A stretch of 24,000 nt of DNA from Candidatus Kuenenia stuttgartensis (GCA_945865635.1 CAMBEP010000032.1:16021-40020), one strand, 5' to 3'. Numbered from the stretch's first letter, positions 8,403-17,317 are shown. Notes: a model not told the origin generated them from the sequence alone. Numbers and translations are program-made.

Positions 8403-9443
8403 TTAATCGGCAGAGCCGTCGCAGCAACTTGTTCCGGGTGGTTTGGCCGTGTCACAAGATGAGACAGGTGCAGGTGATACAGATGAACGTCGTGGTGTCA
8501 GGCCAAGTGTGGCCAGCATGGCTGTATCGCGATCGACTGAGGGGTTTGGGGTGGTCAGCAGCTTGTCGCCCGCAAATATGGAATTGGCTCCGGCCAGAAA
8601 GCATAGGGCCTGCTCGGATTCAGGCATCTCCAGACGCCCGGCCGAGAGCCGTACCATGGCCGTGGGCATGATGATCCGCGCTGTGGCAATCATCCGCAGC
8701 ATGGACCAGACACTGACCTTGGGCGAGCCTTCCAGCGGCGTTCCTTCAATAGCCACAAGTGCATTGACTGGTACACTTTCTGGAGGTTCTGGCAAGTTGG
8801 CGAGTGTATTCAGCAGATCAATCCGGTCTTCATCGGTTTCGCCGAGGCCGAGAATCCCGCCACAACAGACCGATATCCCGGCGTTTCGGACAGCATCGAG
8901 CGTCCTCAACCGGTCATCATAGGTTCGGGTCTGGATCACTTGATCATAATGTGCGGCCGAAGTGTCCAGATTGTGGTTGTAAGCATAGAGCCCCGCCTGC
9001 TTCATCGCTGAGGCCTGCTCCGGGGTGACCATGCCGAGTGTGCAGCAGACTTCAAGCCCTTCGGCATTGACAGTGCGGATCATCTCCAGAACCTGGTCAA
9101 ACTGGGGCCCGCCTCGCACCTGACGCCATGCGGCCCCCATGCAGAAACGGGTCGCCCCCGAGGCCTTTGCACGCTGGGCAGCAATCAGGACATCGCTCAC
9201 CTGCATCAGGCCCTGGGAATCCACATTGGTCTGATATCGGGCCGCCTGAGAGCAGTAGGCACAATCCTCCGGGCAACCACCCGTCTTGATCGAAAGCAGC
9301 ACACAGACCTGAACATCGGTTGGATCATGATGGGCGCGATGCACCCCATTGGCCCGACCAATCAGCTCCAGAAGCGGCATGTGGTAGATGCTGGCAATCT
9401 CGGCACGATCAATTCGGCTTTGGCTTTGAGTCAAAACATTCAT
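8403..9443 (-). CDS. bioB: Biotin synthase
   Basis: Radical SAM motif 'GGCPEDCAYCSQAARY', plus 'FCMGAAWR', 'YNHNLDTSAAHYDQ' and 'CCGGILGLGETDEDR'. The likely start is 'MNVLTQSQSR' at 9443 within ORF 8403..9494. Confidence 0.96.
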   Translation of the reverse strand: MNVLTQSQSRIDRAEIASIYHMPLLELIGRANGVHRAHHDPTDVQVCVLLSIKTGGCPEDCAYCSQAARYQTNVDSQGLMQVSDVLIAAQRAKASGATRFCMGAAWRQVRGGPQFDQVLEMIRTVNAEGLEVCCTLGMVTPEQASAMKQAGLYAYNHNLDTSAAHYDQVIQTRTYDDRLRTLDAVRNAGISVCCGGILGLGETDEDRIDLLNTLANLPEPPESVPVNALVAIEGTPLEGSPKVSVWSMLRMIATARIIMPTAMVRLSAGRLEMPESEQALCFLAGANSIFAGDKLLTTPNPSVDRDTAMLATLGLTPRRSSVSPAPVSSCDTAKPPGTSCCDGSAD

Positions 9444-9516
9444 GACGTAAGGCAGTCTCGTTTTAGACGTTCCAGTGAGCGGGCGGTGTTGCAATCAGAA
9501 TCAGCCAGCCGGTCTC

Positions 9517-9687
9517 TCAACGACGGGAGGCTTTGCAGGCACCCCAAAGGGCACCAAATGTCAGGATTCCCCAGCCAGCATAGCCGTAAAATGGCTTGCC
9601 AGCGGCTTTTTCTTCAGTCTGCGCCTGGGCCACAGTCGGCAGGCCAAGCAGAACCACGGTCAGGCAGGTGCGGGCAATTCGGTTCAT
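9517..9687 (-). CDS. Small secreted or membrane protein (56 aa), hypothetical
   Basis: Hand-translated; not in the supplied ORF track because it is short: MNRIARTCLTVVLLGLPTVAQAQTEEKAAGKPFYGYAGWGILTFGALWGACKASRR. It has a clear signal peptide with an AQA-like cleavage site and abuts the HYExAFE gene (ends overlap by 4 bp). Confidence 0.65.
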   Translation of the reverse strand: MNRIARTCLTVVLLGLPTVAQAQTEEKAAGKPFYGYAGWGILTFGALWGACKASRR

Positions 9688-10262
9688 CGGGGTCCTCTGA
9701 CTTTTCTTCTTGGCGATAATCCCGCCAATTTCGGTGCGGATGTTTCAGACATCGGAAGCCACTCATTGAGTGGCCGAACACGGGACCGGAACGCTTCACG
9801 GGCCATGGCTACCGCTTTCCAAGCCATCCCACGCGATCGCAAGTGAGCCACGTAATCATCCAGTGCCACCGCCCAGAATCGGTAGACCAAGCCCCGAAAC
9901 GGAAACCCGGTGTCCGAACTCTCAGGCAGCGGGTAATCCTGAGACTCTTCAGCATACACGAAAACCAGCGCCGCGACAAAGCCCGGTCCAAACATCTGTT
10001 GCCAACGCTCCAAGCCCGCAAGGTCGTCCGTCGTCACCCAGTTCTCCCACGGACGCTTTCCGGAAGCATCCTTGGCAAGCTTCCCCTTGACCTCAACAAC
10101 CAGGTTTTTACCCATCCGGGGGTAAACCAAAAAATCGGGATTCTTCAGGGAACCCTCATCACTGACAGGCCGTCGCCATTCGTCAACAGCAACACACGGA
10201 ACATTCAGGCTCCGAATGTTTGCTTCGAACGCCGCTTCATAAAGATTCCACCGTCTGGCCAT
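9684..10262 (-). CDS. HYExAFE family protein (uncharacterised planctomycete family, PD-(D/E)XK-like motif)
   Basis: N-terminus 'RRWNLYEAAFEANIRSLNVPCVAVDEWRR' fits the YExAFE signature. 'KNPDFLVYPRMGKNLVVEVKGK' looks like the D...ExK core of restriction-like nucleases. Confidence 0.75.
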   Translation of the reverse strand: MARRWNLYEAAFEANIRSLNVPCVAVDEWRRPVSDEGSLKNPDFLVYPRMGKNLVVEVKGKLAKDASGKRPWENWVTTDDLAGLERWQQMFGPGFVAALVFVYAEESQDYPLPESSDTGFPFRGLVYRFWAVALDDYVAHLRSRGMAWKAVAMAREAFRSRVRPLNEWLPMSETSAPKLAGLSPRRKVRGPR

Positions 10263-10324
10263 CCCCGGTTTCCTCCAGCCCCTGAAAATCGTTCGATACA
10301 GCCAATCGTCTCTCGATGCGTCGC

Positions 10325-10828
10325 CTATTTTCGGCGCCGGGCTGCCCGGCGTGCCTCAAGAAATGTTTCGCCGAAACTCATGATCGATTCAGGGGTCTCA
10401 AACGACTGTTCAAAAACCCATGGAGTATCGTATTCGCAGTCGTCCGACTTATAGTCGCGGCATACCTGTGGACGTGTATCGTAAATCCCGCACCGGTTGT
10501 CAGGCAAGAGGTATTGGCAAAGTGTCCAGACAACCAGATTCCAGCGGGTCACCGATTTCCCGTTTTTTGTCTCGCTCTCTGTGAAAATCACCGTCTGGCC
10601 ATGCGCCAGATACCAGCGGAATTCATCGAAATCCGCCTTCGATCTGGGAGTTTTGATCGGAACTGTAAAATAGCGACAACACTTGCCCACACAGTGGTTG
10701 CAGGGCGAATCATCCGGCGTGATCTCATCGCGGTGCAACAAGCCGGCAGGCATGTGGTCGGGACGTAAAATTGGCAACGAGATATTCTTAAGCGATTCCA
10801 AAGTATCTACCGGATGATTTTTTGACAT
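10325..10828 (-). CDS. YkgJ-family / CxxCxxCC cysteine cluster protein
   Basis: 'CVGKCCRYFTVPIKTPRSKADFDEFRWYL', 'CGIYDTRPQVCRDYKSDDCEY'. Confidence 0.8.
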   Translation of the reverse strand: MSKNHPVDTLESLKNISLPILRPDHMPAGLLHRDEITPDDSPCNHCVGKCCRYFTVPIKTPRSKADFDEFRWYLAHGQTVIFTESETKNGKSVTRWNLVVWTLCQYLLPDNRCGIYDTRPQVCRDYKSDDCEYDTPWVFEQSFETPESIMSFGETFLEARRAARRRK

Positions 10829-11488
10829 CAGTATTCCAGACTTTTTTGGAAACGGCTCTTGAGGTTCCAGCCCCTCATGATGCGAAATAATTCAAATTTC
10901 ACCAAGTCCATTCTCGATTTCCCCAACGGTGAACTCGCCCACCGCCTCAAACAACCATCCGAAAACGAGCACTACTTTAGGAATCGCAACCCCGGATGTC
11001 TCTACTATCCATCCGACATGCGATGTTTGATTCCACCTCTCCCCCAAAAAAGAACGAATCCTTAGGATTCTTCCTCCTGACCCTGAATTCCGTTTCGCAA
11101 AACGCCAATTTCTTACACCTGCATAAAGACTTGTGTCATTCCAATGGTGTTCGCAAAATGCCTCGTCTCTGGACTATCGCCCCGTGCCACCACTCAACCT
11201 GCCCGTCACCACTAAAAACTCTCAAAACTGTTTCGCACTGTGCGCCTTTCTATTTATGTAGTAACAAGTTGTGGAATATTAAATCAGTCGCCATCTGGTA
11301 TACGCATGTATTCATTCTTTGTCGTTACAATCGATTTTATCTGCTTGATCGCCCAAGTCAGTGTTATGGCCTCAAGAACCTCACGGCAAGCCTGGCTCTG
11401 AAGAGATCGGTCTTGGGTTCAGAGGTTCGTAAAACCGGTTGTCGGTTGCACTGCCACCATGTTCGCAAAACTTATCAGGTAAAAGTAA

Positions 11489-11911
11489 TTATGGTGATCG
11501 TTGATCACTTGGGAACTGGTTCTGGGCGAATTCGCTGTATGTGTAGAAGAGTTCTTCGCCGGCGCTTTCGGCTCGGTTTGTGACCAGCCAGCCGCATGTG
11601 TCATCCAGATGGCGGTCGAGGTTGTAGCGATCATCGCTGTGATTGATCAGCCCTGCAAACCCCCTTGGAATCACTAGATAAGGCCCGACCCGAATTTTGT
11701 AAAGGTCAGCATAGGCGGTGCACTGGTCGGCGATCGATCCGGAGTGGATGGCCAGTCCTCGGATCATCAAGCGTTCGCCTGCTGCCAGCGGAATCTTCGC
11801 GAATAGGCCGAGACCAGCGCCCGGGATTGTGGAACGAGCGATTTGGAACCGCTCATCGATCTCATCAAATAAAACAGGTGGGGCCATGTGTAAATTCGGC
11901 TCGTGTCTCAA
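11489..11911 (-). CDS. SET domain-containing protein (putative lysine methyltransferase)
   Basis: 'ARSTIPGAGLGLFAKIPLAAGE', 'GLINHSDDRYN', 'TNRAESAGEELFYTYSEF' correspond to the G-x-G, NHS and GEEL-x-x-Y SET motifs. Confidence 0.85.
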   Translation of the reverse strand: MRHEPNLHMAPPVLFDEIDERFQIARSTIPGAGLGLFAKIPLAAGERLMIRGLAIHSGSIADQCTAYADLYKIRVGPYLVIPRGFAGLINHSDDRYNLDRHLDDTCGWLVTNRAESAGEELFYTYSEFAQNQFPSDQRSP

Positions 11912-11952
11912 AAAAGTGGGATGGGATCGCCTTAACTTTTGGCCGATGCGTG

Positions 11953-12453
11953 TTATATTTCGTAAAACTTATTCCAGTGGAGGCTTATGGCTTCCATGGC
12001 GATGATTTCATCGACAAATTCTGGCTGTTGGGCCATGAAGTTGAGAAACTTGCAAACGGTAGCAGATTGCGCTTCATCGAGCAGTCTGAATCGCTGCATG
12101 TCGTATTCAGATAAGACTTTGTCATCATCAGAAAGTTTCAGGCTGTAGATCGTAAAGTCGAGCATGATCGAATCGCTGTGCTGATAATTTCTCAAGGCCC
12201 AAATCATGTAGGCGGGCAGGTAGTATTTCCAGCTTTGGGGGTCGAGGTGGCAGAGGGCCGCCGTGCAATCTTCCAGAGCTTCGTCGGGGACTTGGTCCCA
12301 ACTCAATTCTTGGTCAAGGGATCGGGCTTTCTGCTGGGCTTCTTCGTTGGAGTCGCTGTCGATCACTTCTGCCTGGTGCAGAGTGAGTTCTCCTCTGGGG
12401 ACTCCGGCGAATGCCGATTCAATCGATTGAATGATTTCAACAGGTGCATCCAT
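11953..12453 (-). CDS. DUF6714-like hypothetical protein
   Basis: The start is probably 'MDAPVEIIQSIESAF' at 12453; the longer ORF uses TTG. 'WKYYLPAYMIWALRNYQHSDSIMLDFTIYSL' and 'EAQSATVCKFLNFM' resemble this family from memory. Confidence 0.6.
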   Translation of the reverse strand: MDAPVEIIQSIESAFAGVPRGELTLHQAEVIDSDSNEEAQQKARSLDQELSWDQVPDEALEDCTAALCHLDPQSWKYYLPAYMIWALRNYQHSDSIMLDFTIYSLKLSDDDKVLSEYDMQRFRLLDEAQSATVCKFLNFMAQQPEFVDEIIAMEAISLHWNKFYEI

Positions 12454-12497
12454 GGATTCAAAGCCTTTGGGTTTTGTTCTGGCCGAAACGATGAAAT

Positions 12498-12528
12498 CAG
12501 GGTTCGGGTGGGCCACACCCGAACCCTG
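12498..12528. terminator. Strong hairpin, possibly a terminator between the PqaA-like and DUF6714-like genes
   Basis: CAGGGTTCGGGTG-ggcca-CACCCGAACCCTG: a perfect 13-bp stem with 5-nt loop. A T-tract is at ~12537-12542 on the plus strand, with only a weak T-run on the minus side. Confidence 0.55.
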
Positions 12529-12559
12529 AGAGGATCTTTTTTGGATTCGACCGGAGGAA

Positions 12560-13927
12560 TTATCTGGCCGCAGCCTTGATATTCGGGATCTGCTGGAGAG
12601 CAGGCGGGACTTCTGACCGGTCGGACTCCGCAATTTGGGTGGAATAGTGGCACATCAGGCCATCGACTTCATAGGTCAGGTCGATCATCAGCACTTCCAC
12701 ACCCGTTTTTGGCTTGGTGCGATTGATGACTTGCTTGCCGTCCTTCTCTTCAATGGTGACGTCAACTTGCTCCCATTTCGACTTCCGGATGTCGCGATTT
12801 TTGGATGTCGCGACCCAAGCCTTGATAGAAACTGGCTTTGGGTTTGCAGAAACGGCGATGCCGTAAGTGGTCGTATTCGGCTTTTCAAGCAGTTCCCACG
12901 AGATTTCAGGCAGTTTTCGGCCGGTCACAGCCAAGCGATACAATCCGGAAACCGTGTTCAGGGCCCATTCACGATTCTTATCAAGTCCGTGGCCGGCGTT
13001 GGGCAGATAGCAAATGGTTTTAGGGCCTTTGAGGTCGCCGAAATAGAGCCGTGAGGCATCCTGGGTCCAGTAGGGGTCGTTGGTGCCGTGGATCAAGACT
13101 TTAGGAATCTTGGCCAGGTTGCCTTCACGGTAGGTGAATGGGTCGACCATTTTCCAGAGAACTTCGCCATCGGCCGTCTTGGAGGCCTGCATGATTCCGC
13201 GTTCGACATAATCGTGAATCTGTTCGCTGTATTTGCCCCAGACCTTCAGTTGATTGTCGCCCTGGGCGCCCAGATTGAGGGTGTCGATGACCATCGGTGC
13301 GATGGCGATCACGCGCGGGTCGGCAGCACCTGAAAGCCAGGTGGTCCAACCCCGCTTGCTGGCACCTGAGACGACGAATTGCTTGATTTCCGCCTTGTTG
13401 TTCTTCTTGGCCCACTCGGTGGTGGCGTCCATGGCCCGAACGGCGGATTTGGCCATCGGGAACAGCAGAGGCCAGGAGACATCCTTGGTATTGAGATACT
13501 GGATGAAGGTTTCCACGATCAGGGCATCTTCCTTGCGGTCGCCCATCAGTGGCTGGTTTGGCACATGGTTCAAAATGGCCACACGGGCTCGGGCGGCTTT
13601 GGCGATTGACATGGCGACGAGGCGGTCGCCGTCGCGTGGAGTGTCGCCAACGGAACCTCCACCGATAAAGAGAATGGCGGTTTCTGGATGGTCGATCACG
13701 CCTTCAGCAGGCTCGACAATCTCCAGGCGGTGCTTCCAGACGATGCCCTGCCACTTCTGGGAGTGCATTTTAAGCGTATGGATTTTGACCCCAAAGACGC
13801 TGGTTTCTTTTTCTTGTTCCCACTCGAACGAGGTATCGGCTTGTTTGATGTGGGCGTGCAGGTCAGCATGAGCCGATGTGGCGGCCAGGCTGGTCAGAAG
13901 CAAGGCCCAAAGGGTATGTTTGATCAT
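12560..13927 (-). CDS. PhoPQ-activated pathogenicity-related (PqaA-like) family protein, alpha/beta-hydrolase fold
   Basis: Signal peptide 'MIKHTLWALLLTSLAATSAHA'. 'VVSGASKRGWTTWLSGAADPRVIAIAPMVIDTLNL', 'GTNDPYWTQDASRLYFGDLKG' and 'YLPNAGHGL' fit this family. Confidence 0.88.
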   Translation of the reverse strand: MIKHTLWALLLTSLAATSAHADLHAHIKQADTSFEWEQEKETSVFGVKIHTLKMHSQKWQGIVWKHRLEIVEPAEGVIDHPETAILFIGGGSVGDTPRDGDRLVAMSIAKAARARVAILNHVPNQPLMGDRKEDALIVETFIQYLNTKDVSWPLLFPMAKSAVRAMDATTEWAKKNNKAEIKQFVVSGASKRGWTTWLSGAADPRVIAIAPMVIDTLNLGAQGDNQLKVWGKYSEQIHDYVERGIMQASKTADGEVLWKMVDPFTYREGNLAKIPKVLIHGTNDPYWTQDASRLYFGDLKGPKTICYLPNAGHGLDKNREWALNTVSGLYRLAVTGRKLPEISWELLEKPNTTTYGIAVSANPKPVSIKAWVATSKNRDIRKSKWEQVDVTIEEKDGKQVINRTKPKTGVEVLMIDLTYEVDGLMCHYSTQIAESDRSEVPPALQQIPNIKAAAR

Positions 13928-14557
13928 CGGTTGCGGAACTCCAGATTTAAAGAGAGTGGAACGAGTTTCGCCTTCTTTAAGCCGGTCATTCGAAAAGGCG
14001 ATTGGAATGCTTACGGATTCTTATGGAGGAGGTGTGCTTTGAAGAGCAACTCTTATAGTGAACACGATTCGTAGATGGTTTGACTAGCCCCCTGTTTTGA
14101 TTCGTCTCAAAGAGTATTTTGGTTTACTTGCCCATACGGGTTGATCGGATGGTTTTGATCTGCCGGACTCGAAAGGTGTTAGGGAAGTCTAACAGCACAT
14201 CAGATAGCTCAATTTGGGATACGAGATCCTGGATTTTATACGTTCATATACTTTAGGCGATGACAATTGACTCATTGCCAAGGTTGAAAGCTTTTTAGGG
14301 TGCTTTGAAATTATGGGGAAATCGATGATGACATTGAAGTTCCAGACTCTCGAGGATGTGTCATTGCAGGCCGCGTTAAGTATAAACAAACAAAATTTTG
14401 GCTTGATCCGTGAATAAGCGTCTGGCAGTTCGGTTCAAAATGAGGAATCTTTAGGTAAATCAAAATTAAGACTTGCCTATTCATCAGCGGCGCAATAAAT
14501 TACCTTTTCTACCCATCTCACCCAGATTTTACGTCCATTGCTTCTGAAAGCGAGCCC

Positions 14558-14800
14558 ATGTTCAAGAGATTCTCGAAACTGAAGGTACAGGCCAGCAATT
14601 GCAAGTCAGTTGCAAGATATCGTAAAAATGATCATGTGCGTAAGCTGAGCTGGCTGATGCTTGAAGAGCGTCTCCAGATGGCGGCTTCAATCAACATTCC
14701 GATCAGCGATGGGCCACTGATTCAGGCCCCTGTGATTGAAAGTGTGAATGGTGTATTAAGTGCCAGCGTGGACATGGTTAGGGCGGGTCTTGCAGGTTAG
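14558..14800 (+). CDS. 80-aa leader ORF in the same frame as the multicopper oxidase, ended by TAG
   Basis: '...HVRKLSWLMLEERLQMAASINIPISDG...' resembles planctomycete extracellular-protein leaders. The TAG at 14798-14800 is in frame with the next ORF. Confidence 0.5.
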   Translation: MFKRFSKLKVQASNCKSVARYRKNDHVRKLSWLMLEERLQMAASINIPISDGPLIQAPVIESVNGVLSASVDMVRAGLAG

Positions 14801-14809
14801 GGCGAGTCG

Positions 14810-17317
14810 GTGCTTTACGGGAATTTGCCGATTTATTCGAATAATGCAATTCCGACATCCGCTTCAAAGACACTTAATTTTGCAGCCGCCTATCAATATA
14901 CGCTGAGCGATGGCACGGTGTTGCCAGCACAATTTCCGGCACCTACGATTAAGCTCAAGCAGGGCGACACACTTTCTTTGAAGATCAGCAACAGTCTGGG
15001 CGATCCCAACACCGCTCCGATGCCGCCGATTGAGGCATTGCCTACGAATTTTCACACACATGGCTTACTTGTCAGCCCATTGGGCAACGGCGACAATGTT
15101 TACCGGGCGATGAACCCGGATGGAACTTATCAGACAACCATTAACGTGCCTGATTATCAACCATCGGGTGTTGACTGGTATCATGTGCACAAACATGGTT
15201 ATTCGGCGGATCAGGTTTATGCAGGCTTGGCTGGGGTCATGCAGATTGGCGACCCATTGGACGCCTGGCCACAATATCTAGGCAAATACGACGAGAAGAT
15301 CCTTTCGCTCAGTCTTGGCCTAAAAATAACCGGAATGAATGCAAGTGGAAATCCGGTTCCCGGTTCATTGATGCTTGCCAAGCCAAACCAGACAAATGCA
15401 GAGACCTCCTATGGCAAGAATTGGCAAGTCTTTGTGAATGGCCAATTCAATCCGACGATGACAATGCAGCCAGGCGAGACGCAAATCTGGACACTGGCGG
15501 CCACCACACGCAATGGCTCATTCAATTTTGGAATTACGGACGAGAATGGTCAAAACCCATGGCAATCGACCATTCTCGGTTATGACGGCAATGACCAGGA
15601 TTCAATTCCGAGAGTTTACACACAAGTCTTGCCTACGGGATATGTCAAAAACGGCCTAATGGCGCTTGACTCTGGTGGTCGGCTGACTGTGGCTGTGACA
15701 GCCCCCACGACACCTGACACTTACTATCTAGTGAATAACCTTTTGATTCAACAAATACCTACGACTGGTAAACCGAATGCATTAATGACTATTGTGGTTG
15801 CGGGGGCGACTTCACCAAAGCCCGTGCCTGTATTTGGTCCGAACGGAGTTGTGCCCGACCTTTACACGGCCATTGCCGACCAGAAGCGCACGTTTAATTT
15901 TAATATTGAACCTGGCAACCGGTTCACGATCAATGGCTACACGTTTCCGAATGGCCCCATTGTTTCCATTCAGGCTGGAGAGGTGGAAGAGTGGCTGTTG
16001 ACCAATACGTCAGCAAACGACCACCCATTTCATATTCATCAGACTGATTTTGCAGTGATCTCAATCAATGGCCAGAAAGTTGATGTCAATGGCAAGGGAA
16101 CTTACCCATACGTTTCCATGCGCGACACCATAAATATACCAGCCGGCGGCAATGTGGTCATCCGCTTTCGAGTGAATCCCATTCCAGGTAAATTTGTATT
16201 TCATTGCCATATTTTGCCACACGAAGACCAAGGCATGATGATGTCTGTGATTGCCGGCCCAAATGCCGATGAGCTTCGAGAGGCATTGGGTGCCGGGCCT
16301 GGCGAAGGTGGTGGAGTCCTGGTTCAGGGCGGCTATGGCCAACTGCTTGGCAGACTCAACCCGCTGCCAAAAAATTGGCAGGGCGGAGTCGCCACAGCCA
16401 CTGGCAACCTGAATGCCGACATGGTTCAGGAGATTGTGGCCGGGCCAGCTTCGCGCGGTACAAAAAGCACTGTGACAATTTATAACGGCAAGGATCTATC
16501 GGTCATCAAGAAATTCAACCCATTCCCTGAATACCCGGCATCGGGTGTCAGTCTGGCCATTGGCGATATTGATCACGATGGAGTGGGCGAGATCATTGTT
16601 GGTCGGGTCGGGCCAGGGCCAAGCCTTGTTCGAATCTTTCATGCCGATGGTTCGCTTTATCTTCAGCTAAAAGGAACTTTGCCCGGAAATTATCCGAACG
16701 GCGTAAATGTCGCCTCAGCCGACTTCAACGGCGATAATTACGACGACCTCGCCATCGGTGCGGGTAAAGGAGAAAAACCGATTGTCGTCGGCCTGGACGG
16801 ATTCAGCCTGGGCCTGCCTGAAGGTGCAATTGAAGTAAAACTATTTGATTTCATTGCGCCAGGCGGGGGCAGATCCGGCGTAAATCTTGGGGCCGGATAT
16901 TTTGATCCATCCACAGTGCCAAGTTATCTGGCAAACCTGATCACGACACCCCCTTCCGGCCCTAAAAATGGCAATGTGTCGGTCTGGAATGTGCAGCCGA
17001 GCCTTGCAGGGATGGGAAACAGCATGGCAGGCATGGCCGGAATGTCGGGCGATCCGGTTTCCAATCAAGCCCAATTACCGCCACCAGGATTGATGGCCAC
17101 TTTGACCCCTTTCGGTAAACAAAGAACACCAAGAGGCTTACAGCTTACCACGACCCGACTCTCTAAGGATGGCATCGCTGCCGTGGGCGCGTGGTGGTCT
17201 GCCCACAATCCTGTTTATCAGTCGATCAGCCTGAGCGGCCTTGTTTCAACCATTTCAACACCAACTCCAAGGGGCCCGGTGGTAAAGAGTTTGAAGTCAA
17301 GTAAAGGCTTGAAATGA
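14810..17317 (+). CDS. Multicopper oxidase with C-terminal FG-GAP/VCBS-like repeats
   Basis: All four copper motifs are present: 'FHTHGL', 'DWYHVHKHGYSADQ', 'HPFHIHQTDF' and 'FHCHILPHEDQGMMM'. The C-terminus has 'IGDIDHDGVGEIIVGRVGPGPS' and 'SADFNGDNYDDLAIGAGKG'. The annotated start is GTG. Confidence 0.9.
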   Translation: MLYGNLPIYSNNAIPTSASKTLNFAAAYQYTLSDGTVLPAQFPAPTIKLKQGDTLSLKISNSLGDPNTAPMPPIEALPTNFHTHGLLVSPLGNGDNVYRAMNPDGTYQTTINVPDYQPSGVDWYHVHKHGYSADQVYAGLAGVMQIGDPLDAWPQYLGKYDEKILSLSLGLKITGMNASGNPVPGSLMLAKPNQTNAETSYGKNWQVFVNGQFNPTMTMQPGETQIWTLAATTRNGSFNFGITDENGQNPWQSTILGYDGNDQDSIPRVYTQVLPTGYVKNGLMALDSGGRLTVAVTAPTTPDTYYLVNNLLIQQIPTTGKPNALMTIVVAGATSPKPVPVFGPNGVVPDLYTAIADQKRTFNFNIEPGNRFTINGYTFPNGPIVSIQAGEVEEWLLTNTSANDHPFHIHQTDFAVISINGQKVDVNGKGTYPYVSMRDTINIPAGGNVVIRFRVNPIPGKFVFHCHILPHEDQGMMMSVIAGPNADELREALGAGPGEGGGVLVQGGYGQLLGRLNPLPKNWQGGVATATGNLNADMVQEIVAGPASRGTKSTVTIYNGKDLSVIKKFNPFPEYPASGVSLAIGDIDHDGVGEIIVGRVGPGPSLVRIFHADGSLYLQLKGTLPGNYPNGVNVASADFNGDNYDDLAIGAGKGEKPIVVGLDGFSLGLPEGAIEVKLFDFIAPGGGRSGVNLGAGYFDPSTVPSYLANLITTPPSGPKNGNVSVWNVQPSLAGMGNSMAGMAGMSGDPVSNQAQLPPPGLMATLTPFGKQRTPRGLQLTTTRLSKDGIAAVGAWWSAHNPVYQSISLSGLVSTISTPTPRGPVVKSLKSSKGLK

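Noticed and set aside
10996-11583. 195-aa plus-strand ORF
   Set aside because: Low-complexity, Cys/His/Leu-rich composition with no recognisable motif. It overlaps the end of the SET-domain gene on the opposite strand.
12178-12579. 133-aa ORF antisense to the DUF6714-like gene
   Set aside because: The minus-strand ORF has family-like motifs; this one does not.
14189-14389. 66-aa minus-strand ORF in the long intergenic gap
   Set aside because: Short, with no signal peptide, family motif or convincing ribosome-binding site.
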